A stretch of 61,929 bases of DNA, from contig JAGCSA010000034.1 in NCBI GenBank assembly GCA_017964405.1, forward strand, positions 1 to 61,929, given 5' to 3'. A program made the translations under genes and the position numbers. The DNA comes from Bacilli bacterium (GTDB lineage: Bacteria > Bacillota_I > Bacilli_A > RF39 > UBA660). The notes below the pieces were generated by a model. It was not told where the DNA came from. It worked only from the letters and a program-made list of their open reading frames with translations, and searched no databases. This document shows, piece after piece, positions 46,188-56,098 of the stretch (position 1 is the stretch's first letter; every line of letters starts with the position of its first letter).

Positions 46188-47207
46188 CTAAATAAGACTT
46201 CTTCTCATAAACGTATCCACATCTTTATCGATATAAACATCGATAACTCCTTTATCAACAATCTTAACAAAACCAAGACCACTGATGACTAAATCTTCAT
46301 CGTATTTAACATTATACGTAATTTTATTCTGATCTTTTAATTCTTTATTATGAAAGATATTTAATAAACGTTTTACTTTTAAATCGTTCGATACAAATAA
46401 AGTAAAACTGTTCTTCTCTCCTTCTACATAGTCAATTCGAATTAAGTTTTCAATCACGATAGATTGATTCTTCTTTAATTGATAAGTACGAGGTTTAATC
46501 TCCGCTTTGGGAGAGATTTTCTTGACCATTTTCGGATCTACATGATTCAAGATTGAACCGGTATCGACAAGTCCTGGTGTATCAATTAAAGTTAAATGTT
46601 CATTAATATCAATTTGAATCGTACTTAAAGTGGTACTAGGTAGTGGACTCATGGTTAATTCTTGTGTATTTTCAGAATAGTTCTTGATTAACTTATTAAT
46701 CAAACTACTCTTACCCGCATTCGTATGACCTACTACATATACATTCTTAGAAGTTTGATAGTACTTGATTCTCTTTAATAAATAATCGATATTATAATTT
46801 TTCGCAGTACTAATCACAATAATCTCTTCAAAATGAATATTCATTCCCTCTAAGTAGGCTTTTAGTTTTTCTTCTTTCACGGATTTTGGTAAAACATCCA
46901 TTTTATTTAATACTAAAATCATTTTATTCGGAATAATAGAACGAATTTGTTCAATATTCTTTTCTAGATTTAGTAAATCCGTAATATATAAAACTAAATC
47001 TTTGGTTTCTCCTACTTCTTTTAAGATATCAATATATTCATCATTTGATTTTACAACCACTTGGTATTCCCCATAGTTTTTCATACGAAAACATCTCTGA
47101 CAAATATCATTCTCTAAATTCGTAGTGTATCCTTCTTGTAATACATTTTGATCTTGTAATAAGACACCACAACCTTGACATCGTTTCTCGCTTTCTTCAT
47201 TATTCAT
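46188..47207 (-). CDS. yqeH: ribosome biogenesis GTPase YqeH
   Basis: Start at MNNEESEK after AAAGAGGGA. N-terminal zinc finger CQGCG...CQRCF. Circularly permuted GTPase motifs (NKMD, then GHTNAGKSS, DTPG). Confidence 0.9.
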   Translation of the reverse strand: MNNEESEKRCQGCGVLLQDQNVLQEGYTTNLENDICQRCFRMKNYGEYQVVVKSNDEYIDILKEVGETKDLVLYITDLLNLEKNIEQIRSIIPNKMILVLNKMDVLPKSVKEEKLKAYLEGMNIHFEEIIVISTAKNYNIDYLLKRIKYYQTSKNVYVVGHTNAGKSSLINKLIKNYSENTQELTMSPLPSTTLSTIQIDINEHLTLIDTPGLVDTGSILNHVDPKMVKKISPKAEIKPRTYQLKKNQSIVIENLIRIDYVEGEKNSFTLFVSNDLKVKRLLNIFHNKELKDQNKITYNVKYDEDLVISGLGFVKIVDKGVIDVYIDKDVDTFMRRSLI

Positions 47208-47718
47208 AGTATTTCCCTCTTTCAAATATTCCTTTTTTTTGATATCTTCTAATAATTTTCGCTTCTAGATCTCGATTAATTCCCGTAATGAGTAATTCTT
47301 TTTCTCCCATCGGATCCACTAACACACTCATAATATGGAATCTGTTAGCAGCTAAAATATCGGTAACCATTTGATCTCCAATCATACACATTTCTTTTTT
47401 CTTCAAATGGTATTTCATTTTAATTCTTTGAAGTCCAAGAGTAGATGGTTTCATACTCCAGCAAACTCCCCCTACCCCTAGATCTTTTAAATAAGGTTTA
47501 ATTCTTCTTCTCATATTATTAGAACAAATTAAAACTAAAAACTCTTCTTTTAAAGATTGAATTAATTGTTTTACTTTCCGAGGACATCTTTTATGTTCCA
47601 TTAAACCAAGGGTATTATCCAAGTCAAAAACAAGGCAAGTAATGCCAAGTTCTTTTAAATGAGCATAATCAATCTCAAAAATACTTTTTTGATATATCGT
47701 TGGTCTAAAATACCCCAT
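47200..47718 (-). CDS. yqeG: YqeG-family HAD-IIIA phosphatase
   Basis: VFDLDNTL motif I and GDQMVTDI motif. Conserved yqeG-yqeH order with an 8-nt overlap. Confidence 0.85.
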   Translation of the reverse strand: MGYFRPTIYQKSIFEIDYAHLKELGITCLVFDLDNTLGLMEHKRCPRKVKQLIQSLKEEFLVLICSNNMRRRIKPYLKDLGVGGVCWSMKPSTLGLQRIKMKYHLKKKEMCMIGDQMVTDILAANRFHIMSVLVDPMGEKELLITGINRDLEAKIIRRYQKKGIFERGKYYE

Positions 47719-47761
47719 AAAAAACCTCTTTCAGTATTATATATGATTTTGAATGGTTTGT

Positions 47762-48646
47762 CTATTTTCCCATAATCCCTTTTTGGTTTAAAACAAAAGT
47801 ATCTTTCTTTTTATCGACAGTGGTTCCACAAGAATCGCAAACTCTACTCGTAAGTTTCGCCCCACAACTAGGACAATTCTCAACACCATCTAAATCCATA
47901 ATAAATTCTAAATCATAAGAATTGGTAATAACAGTTTCCTTATCTCCTCTGATTACTTCTCCTGTATCTTCATTGATCACATAATCTTTCAAAGAAACAG
48001 CAAGAAAGGCATCGACAACTACTTGATGTTCTTTTTCTTCTATTTCACGAATAGCGGAATTCTTTAATTGAAAATCACTCATGATATTCTTACCATGTTT
48101 TTCTTTTAATGCTTCCAAGTCAGACCGATAAGATTCAAATAATGTATTAGAACAATATTTTTCTAAAGAAACATAATCAAAATCCATCCAAGCTTTTTGT
48201 ACTTCTAAATAGATGTGATAGAACTCTTCTAATAGTTTCTCTTCAGAAGAATCTGGTAAATATTTTTGAATAATCATATCATAATTCGAATCTAATAATT
48301 CTACAGATTCATGGTCTCTTTCCATTCCACGAGAAATAATAACATCTTCTGCCTTATTATTATCATCCGGAATAAATCCACCACTCTTTTTCTTTTTCTT
48401 TCGCATAGTAGAAATAGCAACAACAGCTGCGATAATAACTCCCGTAAAAGAAGGAATTCCGAATCCTCTAAAAGAGATTCCTCCACTACCTCCTCCATAA
48501 CTGTCATAGTCAGAAGAAGAACCAGAATCGAAATAATCTCCTCCACTATATCCACTATCATAACTACTATCCCATCCAGAATCAGCATAGACAGGTGTTA
48601 GAAAAAAAACACTAAGTACAAGGAGAATGAAAAATACTTTTTTCAT
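47762..48646 (-). CDS. membrane protein: signal peptide, Gly/Ser/Asp/Tyr low-complexity ectodomain, TM, Tim44-like domain and C-terminal zinc ribbon
   Basis: MKKVFFILLVLSVFFLTPVYA; SGWDSSYDSGYSGGDYFDSGSSSDYDSYGGGSGG; TM helix GVIIAAVVAIS followed by KKKKK. The segment FYHIYLEVQKAWMDFDYVSLEKYCSNTLFESYRSDLEAL resembles bacterial Tim44-like domains. CPSCG...CDSCG. Confidence 0.55.
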   Translation of the reverse strand: MKKVFFILLVLSVFFLTPVYADSGWDSSYDSGYSGGDYFDSGSSSDYDSYGGGSGGISFRGFGIPSFTGVIIAAVVAISTMRKKKKKSGGFIPDDNNKAEDVIISRGMERDHESVELLDSNYDMIIQKYLPDSSEEKLLEEFYHIYLEVQKAWMDFDYVSLEKYCSNTLFESYRSDLEALKEKHGKNIMSDFQLKNSAIREIEEKEHQVVVDAFLAVSLKDYVINEDTGEVIRGDKETVITNSYDLEFIMDLDGVENCPSCGAKLTSRVCDSCGTTVDKKKDTFVLNQKGIMGK

Positions 48647-48649
48647 ACA

Positions 48650-49150
48650 TTACAACCCCATTTCTTTGATCACATAATCAAATAATGCCAAATCATAGAC
48701 TCTTCCACATTGAGGACAAACTCCATTTCGATCAATCGGAAGAGGATTTCCACATCCTAAACAACGATCGACCATAACGTCTTTTGCATCCTTCTTTTTT
48801 TCAAATAAAACAGGAAAAGCAAAGGTCGTACGACGATCCTTTAATCCAAATAATACTTCCTCTTTTCTTGCTATATAAGAAATACATTTACAAGTACAAA
48901 GTACTTCTACAAAGAAAGAATCATTTTCTGTATATTCCCGATTCAAAGTAGAATCTACATGAATCTCTTCATACACTTTTCTTTGATCATTTTTTAAATT
49001 AAAATTGAGTTCTTTTTGAAGTCTTTGATATAAAACAGGATCTAGAAAATGCTGAACTCTCAATAAGTCTCCTGAAGAATATTCTTGTAAAATCTTTTTT
49101 ACTCGAAAACTAGCCGTTTCTAAAAAGGCAGATAATTGTTCTTCACTCAT
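48650..49150 (-). CDS. cytoplasmic Tim44-like domain protein with C-terminal zinc ribbon
   Basis: 166 aa. ILQEYSSGDLLRVQHFLDPVLYQRLQKEL resembles a Tim44-like domain. CLGCG...CPQCG. Separated from the next gene by 3 nt. Confidence 0.5.
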   Translation of the reverse strand: MSEEQLSAFLETASFRVKKILQEYSSGDLLRVQHFLDPVLYQRLQKELNFNLKNDQRKVYEEIHVDSTLNREYTENDSFFVEVLCTCKCISYIARKEEVLFGLKDRRTTFAFPVLFEKKKDAKDVMVDRCLGCGNPLPIDRNGVCPQCGRVYDLALFDYVIKEMGL

Positions 49151-49161
49151 GAAATCATCCC

Positions 49162-50580
49162 TTAATTATTAACCTTTTGTGTAATCATTGTTGTACAATT
49201 ATTAATCTTTTTCATTTGATATCCATTTTCTTTACAATAATGAATAATATCTCTTAAAGCATCTCTAGTATGAGGTTTAATATCATGCATTAAAACCATA
49301 TTGACACGATCTTTTCGAAGACCAGATACCACATTCCAGTAAACACCTTTTGCTTGGGTAGTTCCTCCTGCATCTCCAGAAGAAATATTCCAGTCATAAT
49401 ATTTATAACCTCTATTTAATACTTCTGTTGTTAGACGAGACATAATACCAGGAGAATAACGACGACTAATCGTGTTACTAGCACCTCCTGGGAAACGAAT
49501 AAACATAGACTTTTGTCCTGTAATTCTCTCTACTCGGTCACTAACAATTTGTAAATCATTGAAATAAGATTCATCTGAACGATAAACAATCGAATAATCA
49601 TGAGAAGCCGTATGAAGAGCAACCGTATGACCTTCATTATATTCTCTCTCAATTAAATAATCAGGTCCTTTATTGGTGACAAAGAAAGTAGCTTGTACTC
49701 CTTCTTCTTTTAGAATATCCAAAATGACATCCGTTGTTCCTTCATTAGGACCATCATCAAAGGTTAAATAAACAACACCTGGAGCATCCGAATCACTGAC
49801 AACGACTTTTCTACTAGCAGATCCTTCATTTCCTGCTTTATCTTTTACTTGATACGTTAATTGATATTCTCCAATCAAACTATTATCAACACTACCATCT
49901 ACAACAACTTGATTCGTTAAATCAGAATCACAATTATCCATAGCTTGATAACCTGGTTCCTTATAAACTTCATTCGCACAGATAGAGACAACTTCTCCTC
50001 CATTTAACGTAACAACCGGTTTCTCTATATCTTCAAATAATAATTTCTTCGTAACTGACTTTTTATTTCCACTACTATCCGATACAGAATAAATCACTTT
50101 ATCTTTTTTAATCGTATTCGTAACTTTCTTCGTTAAATCTCCATCATAATTATCATGAGCAGCTACTTCTACTGCTTTATATTCAGTACCAGGGCACACA
50201 TAAACATCTTTATTATCAATTTCTAATTTTGGTTTTGTCTGATCAACAACCGAAATATATCTCGTTACTTTTTTAGAAAAGAATCCCTTTCCTACTTCAT
50301 ACGTAATCGTATAATCTCCTAATTTATCAGGATTTACTTTTCCTTTTACTTTGACTTCCTCACTAATATCTTGTCCTAAGAAAGAAGCTTCATATCCTTT
50401 TTCTTTATATTTTTCTTGATACTCTAAAGTAATTCTAGAATTACCTTTTAGAATTATTTCAGGGAATAATGCTACTTTTGCTAAATAGATCGCAACAAAG
50501 AAAAGGATCAAACAAAATCCCCATAATAGAAAGTTCTTCGTAAATCCAAATTTTCGAAATAATTTTTTCATAAGGACCAT
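49162..50580 (-). CDS. membrane-anchored polysaccharide (peptidoglycan GlcNAc-type) deacetylase with Ig-like repeats
   Basis: TM anchor, two repeats of the type D.YDGDLT..V (DUF5011/Ig-like), then a NodB domain (LTFDDGP, HTASH, FPGG). Start may be the second ATG (MKKLF). Confidence 0.8.
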   Translation of the reverse strand: MVLMKKLFRKFGFTKNFLLWGFCLILFFVAIYLAKVALFPEIILKGNSRITLEYQEKYKEKGYEASFLGQDISEEVKVKGKVNPDKLGDYTITYEVGKGFFSKKVTRYISVVDQTKPKLEIDNKDVYVCPGTEYKAVEVAAHDNYDGDLTKKVTNTIKKDKVIYSVSDSSGNKKSVTKKLLFEDIEKPVVTLNGGEVVSICANEVYKEPGYQAMDNCDSDLTNQVVVDGSVDNSLIGEYQLTYQVKDKAGNEGSASRKVVVSDSDAPGVVYLTFDDGPNEGTTDVILDILKEEGVQATFFVTNKGPDYLIEREYNEGHTVALHTASHDYSIVYRSDESYFNDLQIVSDRVERITGQKSMFIRFPGGASNTISRRYSPGIMSRLTTEVLNRGYKYYDWNISSGDAGGTTQAKGVYWNVVSGLRKDRVNMVLMHDIKPHTRDALRDIIHYCKENGYQMKKINNCTTMITQKVNN

Positions 50581-50655
50581 CTCACTACTCTTATATTATA
50601 TAAGAAGAAGTCATTTTTGTAAATTCATAAAAAAGAGAATCAAATGATTCTCTTT

Positions 50656-52065
50656 TTATTCATGTTTAATTTTATGAAATATCGTTAAAAAACTACTCTT
50701 TAAGAAATCATAGTTTGTAAGGAATGCATAAATACAAACAACAATCAAACTAATAATATTCGTATACCACTGATTATAGTAGTAAAAGAAAATAGCAAAT
50801 ATAAAGATACAAAAACTCTTTAAGAATAATCCTTTTTCATATTGAATCTTTACATATTTCTTTAAATCAATATGTCGGTAGAAGAACATAACAAAGTAAG
50901 AAATCGTTGTGGAAATAGCAGCTGCAAATAAACCAATATATTTGATAAAGATAACATTGATGACAATATTGATAATGGCTCCAATTATGGTAGTAGTCGC
51001 AACTTGTTTACTCATCTTCTTTGCTAAATAGATTTGACTATACAAGCAGATCGCCACATTAAAGATGGTTGCTAATACTAATGGTGGAATATAAAAATAA
51101 GCATCGTCATATTCTTTATTAATCATAATCGGAAATACAAATGGCATACAAGCAATCATGCCTACTCCTAATGCAACAAATAACTTCATAATCGTATTCG
51201 CAATATCCGAAAAGAATTCATCTCGATCCGGACTATTAATATGGAGAGAAGCACTCTCACTCCAACTTAAATTAAAGATTCCTGTTAAACTAGAAAGAAT
51301 CGTTGGAAATTTGTTACTAATCGCATAAACTCCATTAGCAGCAGCTCCTAAAATAAGAGAAATAATACTACGATCACTAACGTTCACAATCCACCAACTA
51401 ATTCCATTCGGAACTAAAGGAATCGAATACTTATACATTTCTTTTAATAATTTGTGATCTACTAGATTAAAATGAATCTTTTTAATTAATCCCAATCGAA
51501 TAAACAAATAGAAAGCACAGACAAAATTAGCCAAAGCCATCGAAATAATCATACCTTCTGCCTGCATTCCACAATATACAATTAAGAAAATATTACTACA
51601 AACCGTTGTTAATCCCGTTAAAATACAACTAATTGAAAAATCTAAGGTCTTTCCAAATCCTCTCGCTACTTGCAAAAAGTTACCAGATAAGACACAGACA
51701 ATGACATCAATCCAAATGACAAAACGGAAAGGAATATTAACAAAACTCGTCACAATAAAATAGAGAATCGTAAATATCGTTAAACTAATTCCCAGTACAT
51801 AAAAATCATTACTAATCAGTTTCTCCGTATCTTTCTCTTTTCCTCTAGAATCAATCAAAAAACGGAAGATACTCATTTCTAATTCCATCGTAATAATCGG
51901 AACAAATAAAGTAACATACGTCTGAATTAAATCAACTATACCATATTCTGCTTTTACCAAATAAGCAGTATATAAAGGCAATAAAAAGAAAGAAATTAAT
52001 TGCGTACAAACTTTTCCAAAGAAAATAATAATCGTTGTTTTTGCAAATTGTTTTTTCTTATTCAT
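50656..52065 (-). CDS. Wzx/MOP-family oligosaccharide flippase
   Basis: 469 aa, about 12-14 TM segments, N-terminus FGKVCTQLISFFLLPLYTAYL typical of polysaccharide flippases. RBS AAGGAGGA. Overlaps the vanZ-like stop. Confidence 0.75.
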   Translation of the reverse strand: MNKKKQFAKTTIIIFFGKVCTQLISFFLLPLYTAYLVKAEYGIVDLIQTYVTLFVPIITMELEMSIFRFLIDSRGKEKDTEKLISNDFYVLGISLTIFTILYFIVTSFVNIPFRFVIWIDVIVCVLSGNFLQVARGFGKTLDFSISCILTGLTTVCSNIFLIVYCGMQAEGMIISMALANFVCAFYLFIRLGLIKKIHFNLVDHKLLKEMYKYSIPLVPNGISWWIVNVSDRSIISLILGAAANGVYAISNKFPTILSSLTGIFNLSWSESASLHINSPDRDEFFSDIANTIMKLFVALGVGMIACMPFVFPIMINKEYDDAYFYIPPLVLATIFNVAICLYSQIYLAKKMSKQVATTTIIGAIINIVINVIFIKYIGLFAAAISTTISYFVMFFYRHIDLKKYVKIQYEKGLFLKSFCIFIFAIFFYYYNQWYTNIISLIVVCIYAFLTNYDFLKSSFLTIFHKIKHE

Positions 52066-52516
52066 GTTTCCTCCTTAATCGGTAATAAAAGGAATACAGT
52101 AATACTCCAAAATAAGAACCAATACTATCAATTCCTACATCTATTATACTACCACTTCTTCCAGGAACAAAGAGTTGATGAATCTCATCACTAAAAGCAT
52201 ACAAAGTAGAGAACAAGAAAGCTAAAAATAATAGCTTCCAATGCATCTCTTTATATTCAATCAGTAAACTAATCATCAAGAATCCTAATACAAAATAAAT
52301 CAAAAAATGAGCTCCTTTTCTTACCAATGTAACATACTCTTCTATTTTTTCTTCTCTCTCTTCTAAAGAAAGATTATGTCCTACAAATAATTCTGCAATA
52401 GAGACAATGACATGATTACTTTTCATAGTAGATTCATCTGCTGTATCAGCAGAAAAACAAAAAATACTAATCATACAGCTAACAACAAGCATCCATTTAA
52501 TAATTTTAACTGCCAT
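52058..52516 (-). CDS. VanZ-family membrane protein
   Basis: 152 aa, four TM segments, KGAHFLIYFVLGFL and DEIHQLFVPGRSGSIIDV motifs. Confidence 0.8.
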   Translation of the reverse strand: MAVKIIKWMLVVSCMISIFCFSADTADESTMKSNHVIVSIAELFVGHNLSLEEREEKIEEYVTLVRKGAHFLIYFVLGFLMISLLIEYKEMHWKLLFLAFLFSTLYAFSDEIHQLFVPGRSGSIIDVGIDSIGSYFGVLLYSFYYRLRRKHE

Positions 52517-52564
52517 GTCTCATCACCTACCTAACTATATCATAGAAGAAAAAAAATACAAAGA

Positions 52565-53566
52565 CTAGCTTTGTATTTTGGAATTTTCTTTACAATCTTC
52601 ACTAGATTCATACGTAGAAGCAATTCGATCAAAGATTTCAAAAGAACTGGTAACATCTAACTGATCTTTTTCTAACGTACCAAGTCCAAAAGAAGAATAT
52701 TTAGCTTCTTTAATTTTACCCATACAGCACATCATATCAATCAAATCATTCCCTTTTTCAGGATCTTTTTTAAATTCATCAAACATCTTCATACAAAAAT
52801 CTTTGGAAAACATAGCTTTTGAAAAAGCATGTAGACAATCATCCATAGAAGATTTCTTTTCCTCTGGAATAAAATCCAAACACTTTGCAAAACGATAAGC
52901 TAATTCTTGAAACTCACGGTATTCTGCAAAATTTGTTAGAAATTGACCATTCGGATATAAAACAGGTTGAATGGATACAAATGGTTCTGGTCTAGGAATA
53001 CGATTTCGATCATATAAAACAGCTTCTCCTACATTTTCTGCAACCACTTCATCTAATAATTCAATTCCTTTTTGAAAATAATAAGGTTCTTTAGAAATAT
53101 CAGTAGGATGGAAAACACAAGTTTGCAAAAACTCTAAATCTTCTTTATTACAAGAAGTAATAATATGACCTAATTCATGATACATCGCTAATTGAAAAGA
53201 AGAAGATTGATCTAATCCCGAATAATTTTGAGGGGTTGGATTCATAATCATACGACCTTTATAGGTAAGACCATTGATTCTCTCTCTTAAAGCAGGATCT
53301 AATAATTCAACCGATTGAATACTTTTCATTTGTTCTAAAACAGTAGAAAAATTACTTTTTCCAACAAATCCTAATTTCATAATAGCTGCAAAATAATATT
53401 CCATGAAACCAAACATCATTTGTAGAGACCTTTTATCTTGTTCTTCATTCTTCTCAAAAGGTACTTGTTGATAATATAACAAAGAACGATCATATAAATG
53501 ATCCATGCATTCTTGATATCCTGGAAAACGATCAGAATCCCAACTATCATATACACACGTATACAT
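52565..53566 (-). CDS. hypothetical protein with HExxH zinc-metallopeptidase motif
   Basis: RBS GAGAGGGGGG. Single HELGH motif (LAMYHELGHIITS). No signal peptide and no family recognised. Confidence 0.5.
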   Translation of the reverse strand: MYTCVYDSWDSDRFPGYQECMDHLYDRSLLYYQQVPFEKNEEQDKRSLQMMFGFMEYYFAAIMKLGFVGKSNFSTVLEQMKSIQSVELLDPALRERINGLTYKGRMIMNPTPQNYSGLDQSSSFQLAMYHELGHIITSCNKEDLEFLQTCVFHPTDISKEPYYFQKGIELLDEVVAENVGEAVLYDRNRIPRPEPFVSIQPVLYPNGQFLTNFAEYREFQELAYRFAKCLDFIPEEKKSSMDDCLHAFSKAMFSKDFCMKMFDEFKKDPEKGNDLIDMMCCMGKIKEAKYSSFGLGTLEKDQLDVTSSFEIFDRIASTYESSEDCKENSKIQS

Positions 53567-53629
53567 AAAAACCCCCCTCTCAAAATTTGCCTGTTATTAT
53601 ACCACAAAACAACAAAAAAAGCAAAAGAT

Positions 53630-55066
53630 TTACTCTTTTGCTTTTCGATTCTCTACTGCTTGATAAGCTTCTTCAATATCGTTAAAGTAGATAGTCTCTG
53701 TCTTTAACTTCTCATAGGTTTCATTTCCTTTTCCAAGAATTAGAACCATATCTCCTTCTTCTGCCATATCAACTGCTTTTTGAATCGCTTCTCTTCGATC
53801 AATCACAATCTCATAATTATCGTGTGTCTCTTTTAATTCGGAAATAATATCCTCACAAATTTTTTGTGGATCTTCACTTCTAGGATCTTCATAGGTAAAG
53901 ATCGCATAACTAGCATTCTCCACTACCACATTTCCTACTTTAGGTCTCTTATAAGGATCTCTTTCTCCTGCTTGTCCAATCACTACAATACTTCTGTTAA
54001 TCTTTAATGTATGAACAAAGTTTAATAGTTTCGAAATACCATTCGGAGTATGGGCATAATCAACCATGACATAGTAAGGAGTATTAGTATCAAGTAGTTC
54101 TAATCGACCACTGACTTTTACTTCTCCTATTCTATTTTCTAACTCATCCCAAGAAAATCCTAATGCAAGACAACACAACATAGCACAAGCTAGATTATAG
54201 ACATTGAAGTCTCCCAGTAACGGAGAAGTAAAGGAATGTTTTTCTCCATTATAAATTAATACAATATCCGTATGATCAGGAGATACCTCAAAAGACTGAA
54301 TTTGTAAATCATTTTCTTCTCCTACTCCATAAGTAAGAACTTTTCCATTACAAGCTTCTTTCGCTTGTTCAAAATAGGGATCATCATGATTTAAAATACA
54401 ATAACCGTCTTTTTTGGTTTGACGGAATAGATTTAATTTAGAATCTAAATAATTCTCAAAAGAACCATGAATATTTAAATGTTCAGAAGTAATATTCGTA
54501 TAAGCACTAATATCATATTCCATCGCTAGTAGTCTTCCACGAAAGAATGCTTCACTAGAAGCCTCCATGGCCGTATACGTACAACCATAATCCACAAATT
54601 CTGATAAATATTTATATAAGTTATGGGCATCTGGTGTTGTATTAGGATTATCTCCCGTAAACTTAGCACAGTTTCTTCCATTCGTTCCAATATAACCACA
54701 TTTATCACTACCAATTAAGGTTTGAATAATCGTAGTTGTCGTTGTCTTTCCATCCGTTCCCGTAACACCAATCATCGTAAGTTTGTGATCAGGATAATCA
54801 TAGAAACGTTGACATAGAAAAGGAAGTTCTTTATTCGTATCTTCTACTTTGACAATCGGAACACTTTTTTCTCCTACATCTTTGGATACTACAACAGCAC
54901 TTGCTCCATGAAGAATCGCATCATCAATATAATCATGTCTATCTGCTGTAACACCTTTCGTACAAACAAAAATATCTCCTTCTTGTGCTTCTTTGGAATT
55001 AATACATATATTTTGAATTTCGACATCACTCGAAATTTCTGGATAGATTTCACTTAGTTTTTTCAT
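53630..55066 (-). CDS. murE: UDP-N-acetylmuramoyl-L-alanyl-D-glutamate--diamino acid ligase
   Basis: GVTGTDGKTTT P-loop, Mur ligase middle and C-terminal domains. EDPRSEDP occupies the DNPR position and the retained Arg hints at meso-DAP specificity (tentative). Confidence 0.9.
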   Translation of the reverse strand: MKKLSEIYPEISSDVEIQNICINSKEAQEGDIFVCTKGVTADRHDYIDDAILHGASAVVVSKDVGEKSVPIVKVEDTNKELPFLCQRFYDYPDHKLTMIGVTGTDGKTTTTTIIQTLIGSDKCGYIGTNGRNCAKFTGDNPNTTPDAHNLYKYLSEFVDYGCTYTAMEASSEAFFRGRLLAMEYDISAYTNITSEHLNIHGSFENYLDSKLNLFRQTKKDGYCILNHDDPYFEQAKEACNGKVLTYGVGEENDLQIQSFEVSPDHTDIVLIYNGEKHSFTSPLLGDFNVYNLACAMLCCLALGFSWDELENRIGEVKVSGRLELLDTNTPYYVMVDYAHTPNGISKLLNFVHTLKINRSIVVIGQAGERDPYKRPKVGNVVVENASYAIFTYEDPRSEDPQKICEDIISELKETHDNYEIVIDRREAIQKAVDMAEEGDMVLILGKGNETYEKLKTETIYFNDIEEAYQAVENRKAKE

Positions 55067-55164
55067 GTTATCACCTAGAGTTATTATACAGTAAAGGCCT
55101 TATAAATGAAAGGTTTTTTCTTGAAGCCAAACGAAATTTACGTTAAAATGAATATGGTGATAAT

Positions 55165-56070
55165 ATGAGAACAATGATCTTTGGAGCAGGATCTGACTTA
55201 GGAGTCCATATCGATGGAGCAAGTCTTGGTCCTAAACAATTAATGAATGACTTAAGTACTTTTTATAAAGGAGAAAGTATGCTTCTACAACAAGATGCTA
55301 ATATTATAAAAAGTAGAAACTTCGGAGATAGAAGAAAAAACGAATATGAAGTAGAAAAATTTAATACCGAATTATATAAAAATATGGTAGATAAGATGAA
55401 AGAAGAGTATTTTCCGATTATGATTGGAGGAGACCATTCAGTTGCGATTGCTTCTGCCCTAGCCTCCTGTAAGGTAAATGTCGATGTTGGAATTATTTGG
55501 ATTGATGCCCATACAGACTACAATACCTTTGAAACAACGATTACTGGAAATATTCATGGTCTACCACTCGCAGCCATTACCGGTTATAAGTGTAATGAAT
55601 TAAGATATTACCATGATGGTAAAATTATTCAACCATCTCGTACCGTAGTCGTTGGAGCAAGAAGTATTGATGATGCAGAAAAAGATAATCTTCGTTATGC
55701 AGGAGTAACCGTTTTCTCAACAGAAGATATTCGAGAAAAAGGAATTGAAGCTGTCATGGATGAAGCTTTTAAAATTGCAGGATTTAAAACAAAAGGAATT
55801 CATGTTAGCTATGATATTGATGTAATAGATCCTTATGTAGCTCCGGGAGTATCCGTTCCAGAATATGAAGGAATTACCGAAGAAGAAGCCATGAAAATCA
55901 ATGAATACTTAGTCAATCATATGAAAGATATCTTATCTTTTGATTTAGTAGAATTTAATCCCCTAAGAGATCAAGAAAGAAAAACAGAACAAATTGCTTT
56001 AAATATTTTAACCCAGATTATAACAGCAGCTGAAAAGAAAAAGAAATGGGAACAAAAATCTTATTATTAA
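55165..56070 (+). CDS. rocF: arginase
   Basis: Ureohydrolase motifs GGDHSVAI, IWIDAHTDYNT, GNIHGLPLA and SYDIDVIDP. The GNxHGxPxA loop favours arginase over agmatinase. Confidence 0.8.
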   Translation: MRTMIFGAGSDLGVHIDGASLGPKQLMNDLSTFYKGESMLLQQDANIIKSRNFGDRRKNEYEVEKFNTELYKNMVDKMKEEYFPIMIGGDHSVAIASALASCKVNVDVGIIWIDAHTDYNTFETTITGNIHGLPLAAITGYKCNELRYYHDGKIIQPSRTVVVGARSIDDAEKDNLRYAGVTVFSTEDIREKGIEAVMDEAFKIAGFKTKGIHVSYDIDVIDPYVAPGVSVPEYEGITEEEAMKINEYLVNHMKDILSFDLVEFNPLRDQERKTEQIALNILTQIITAAEKKKKWEQKSYY

Positions 56071-56098
56071 AAGAAAAAAACAACGTAAGTTGTTTTTT

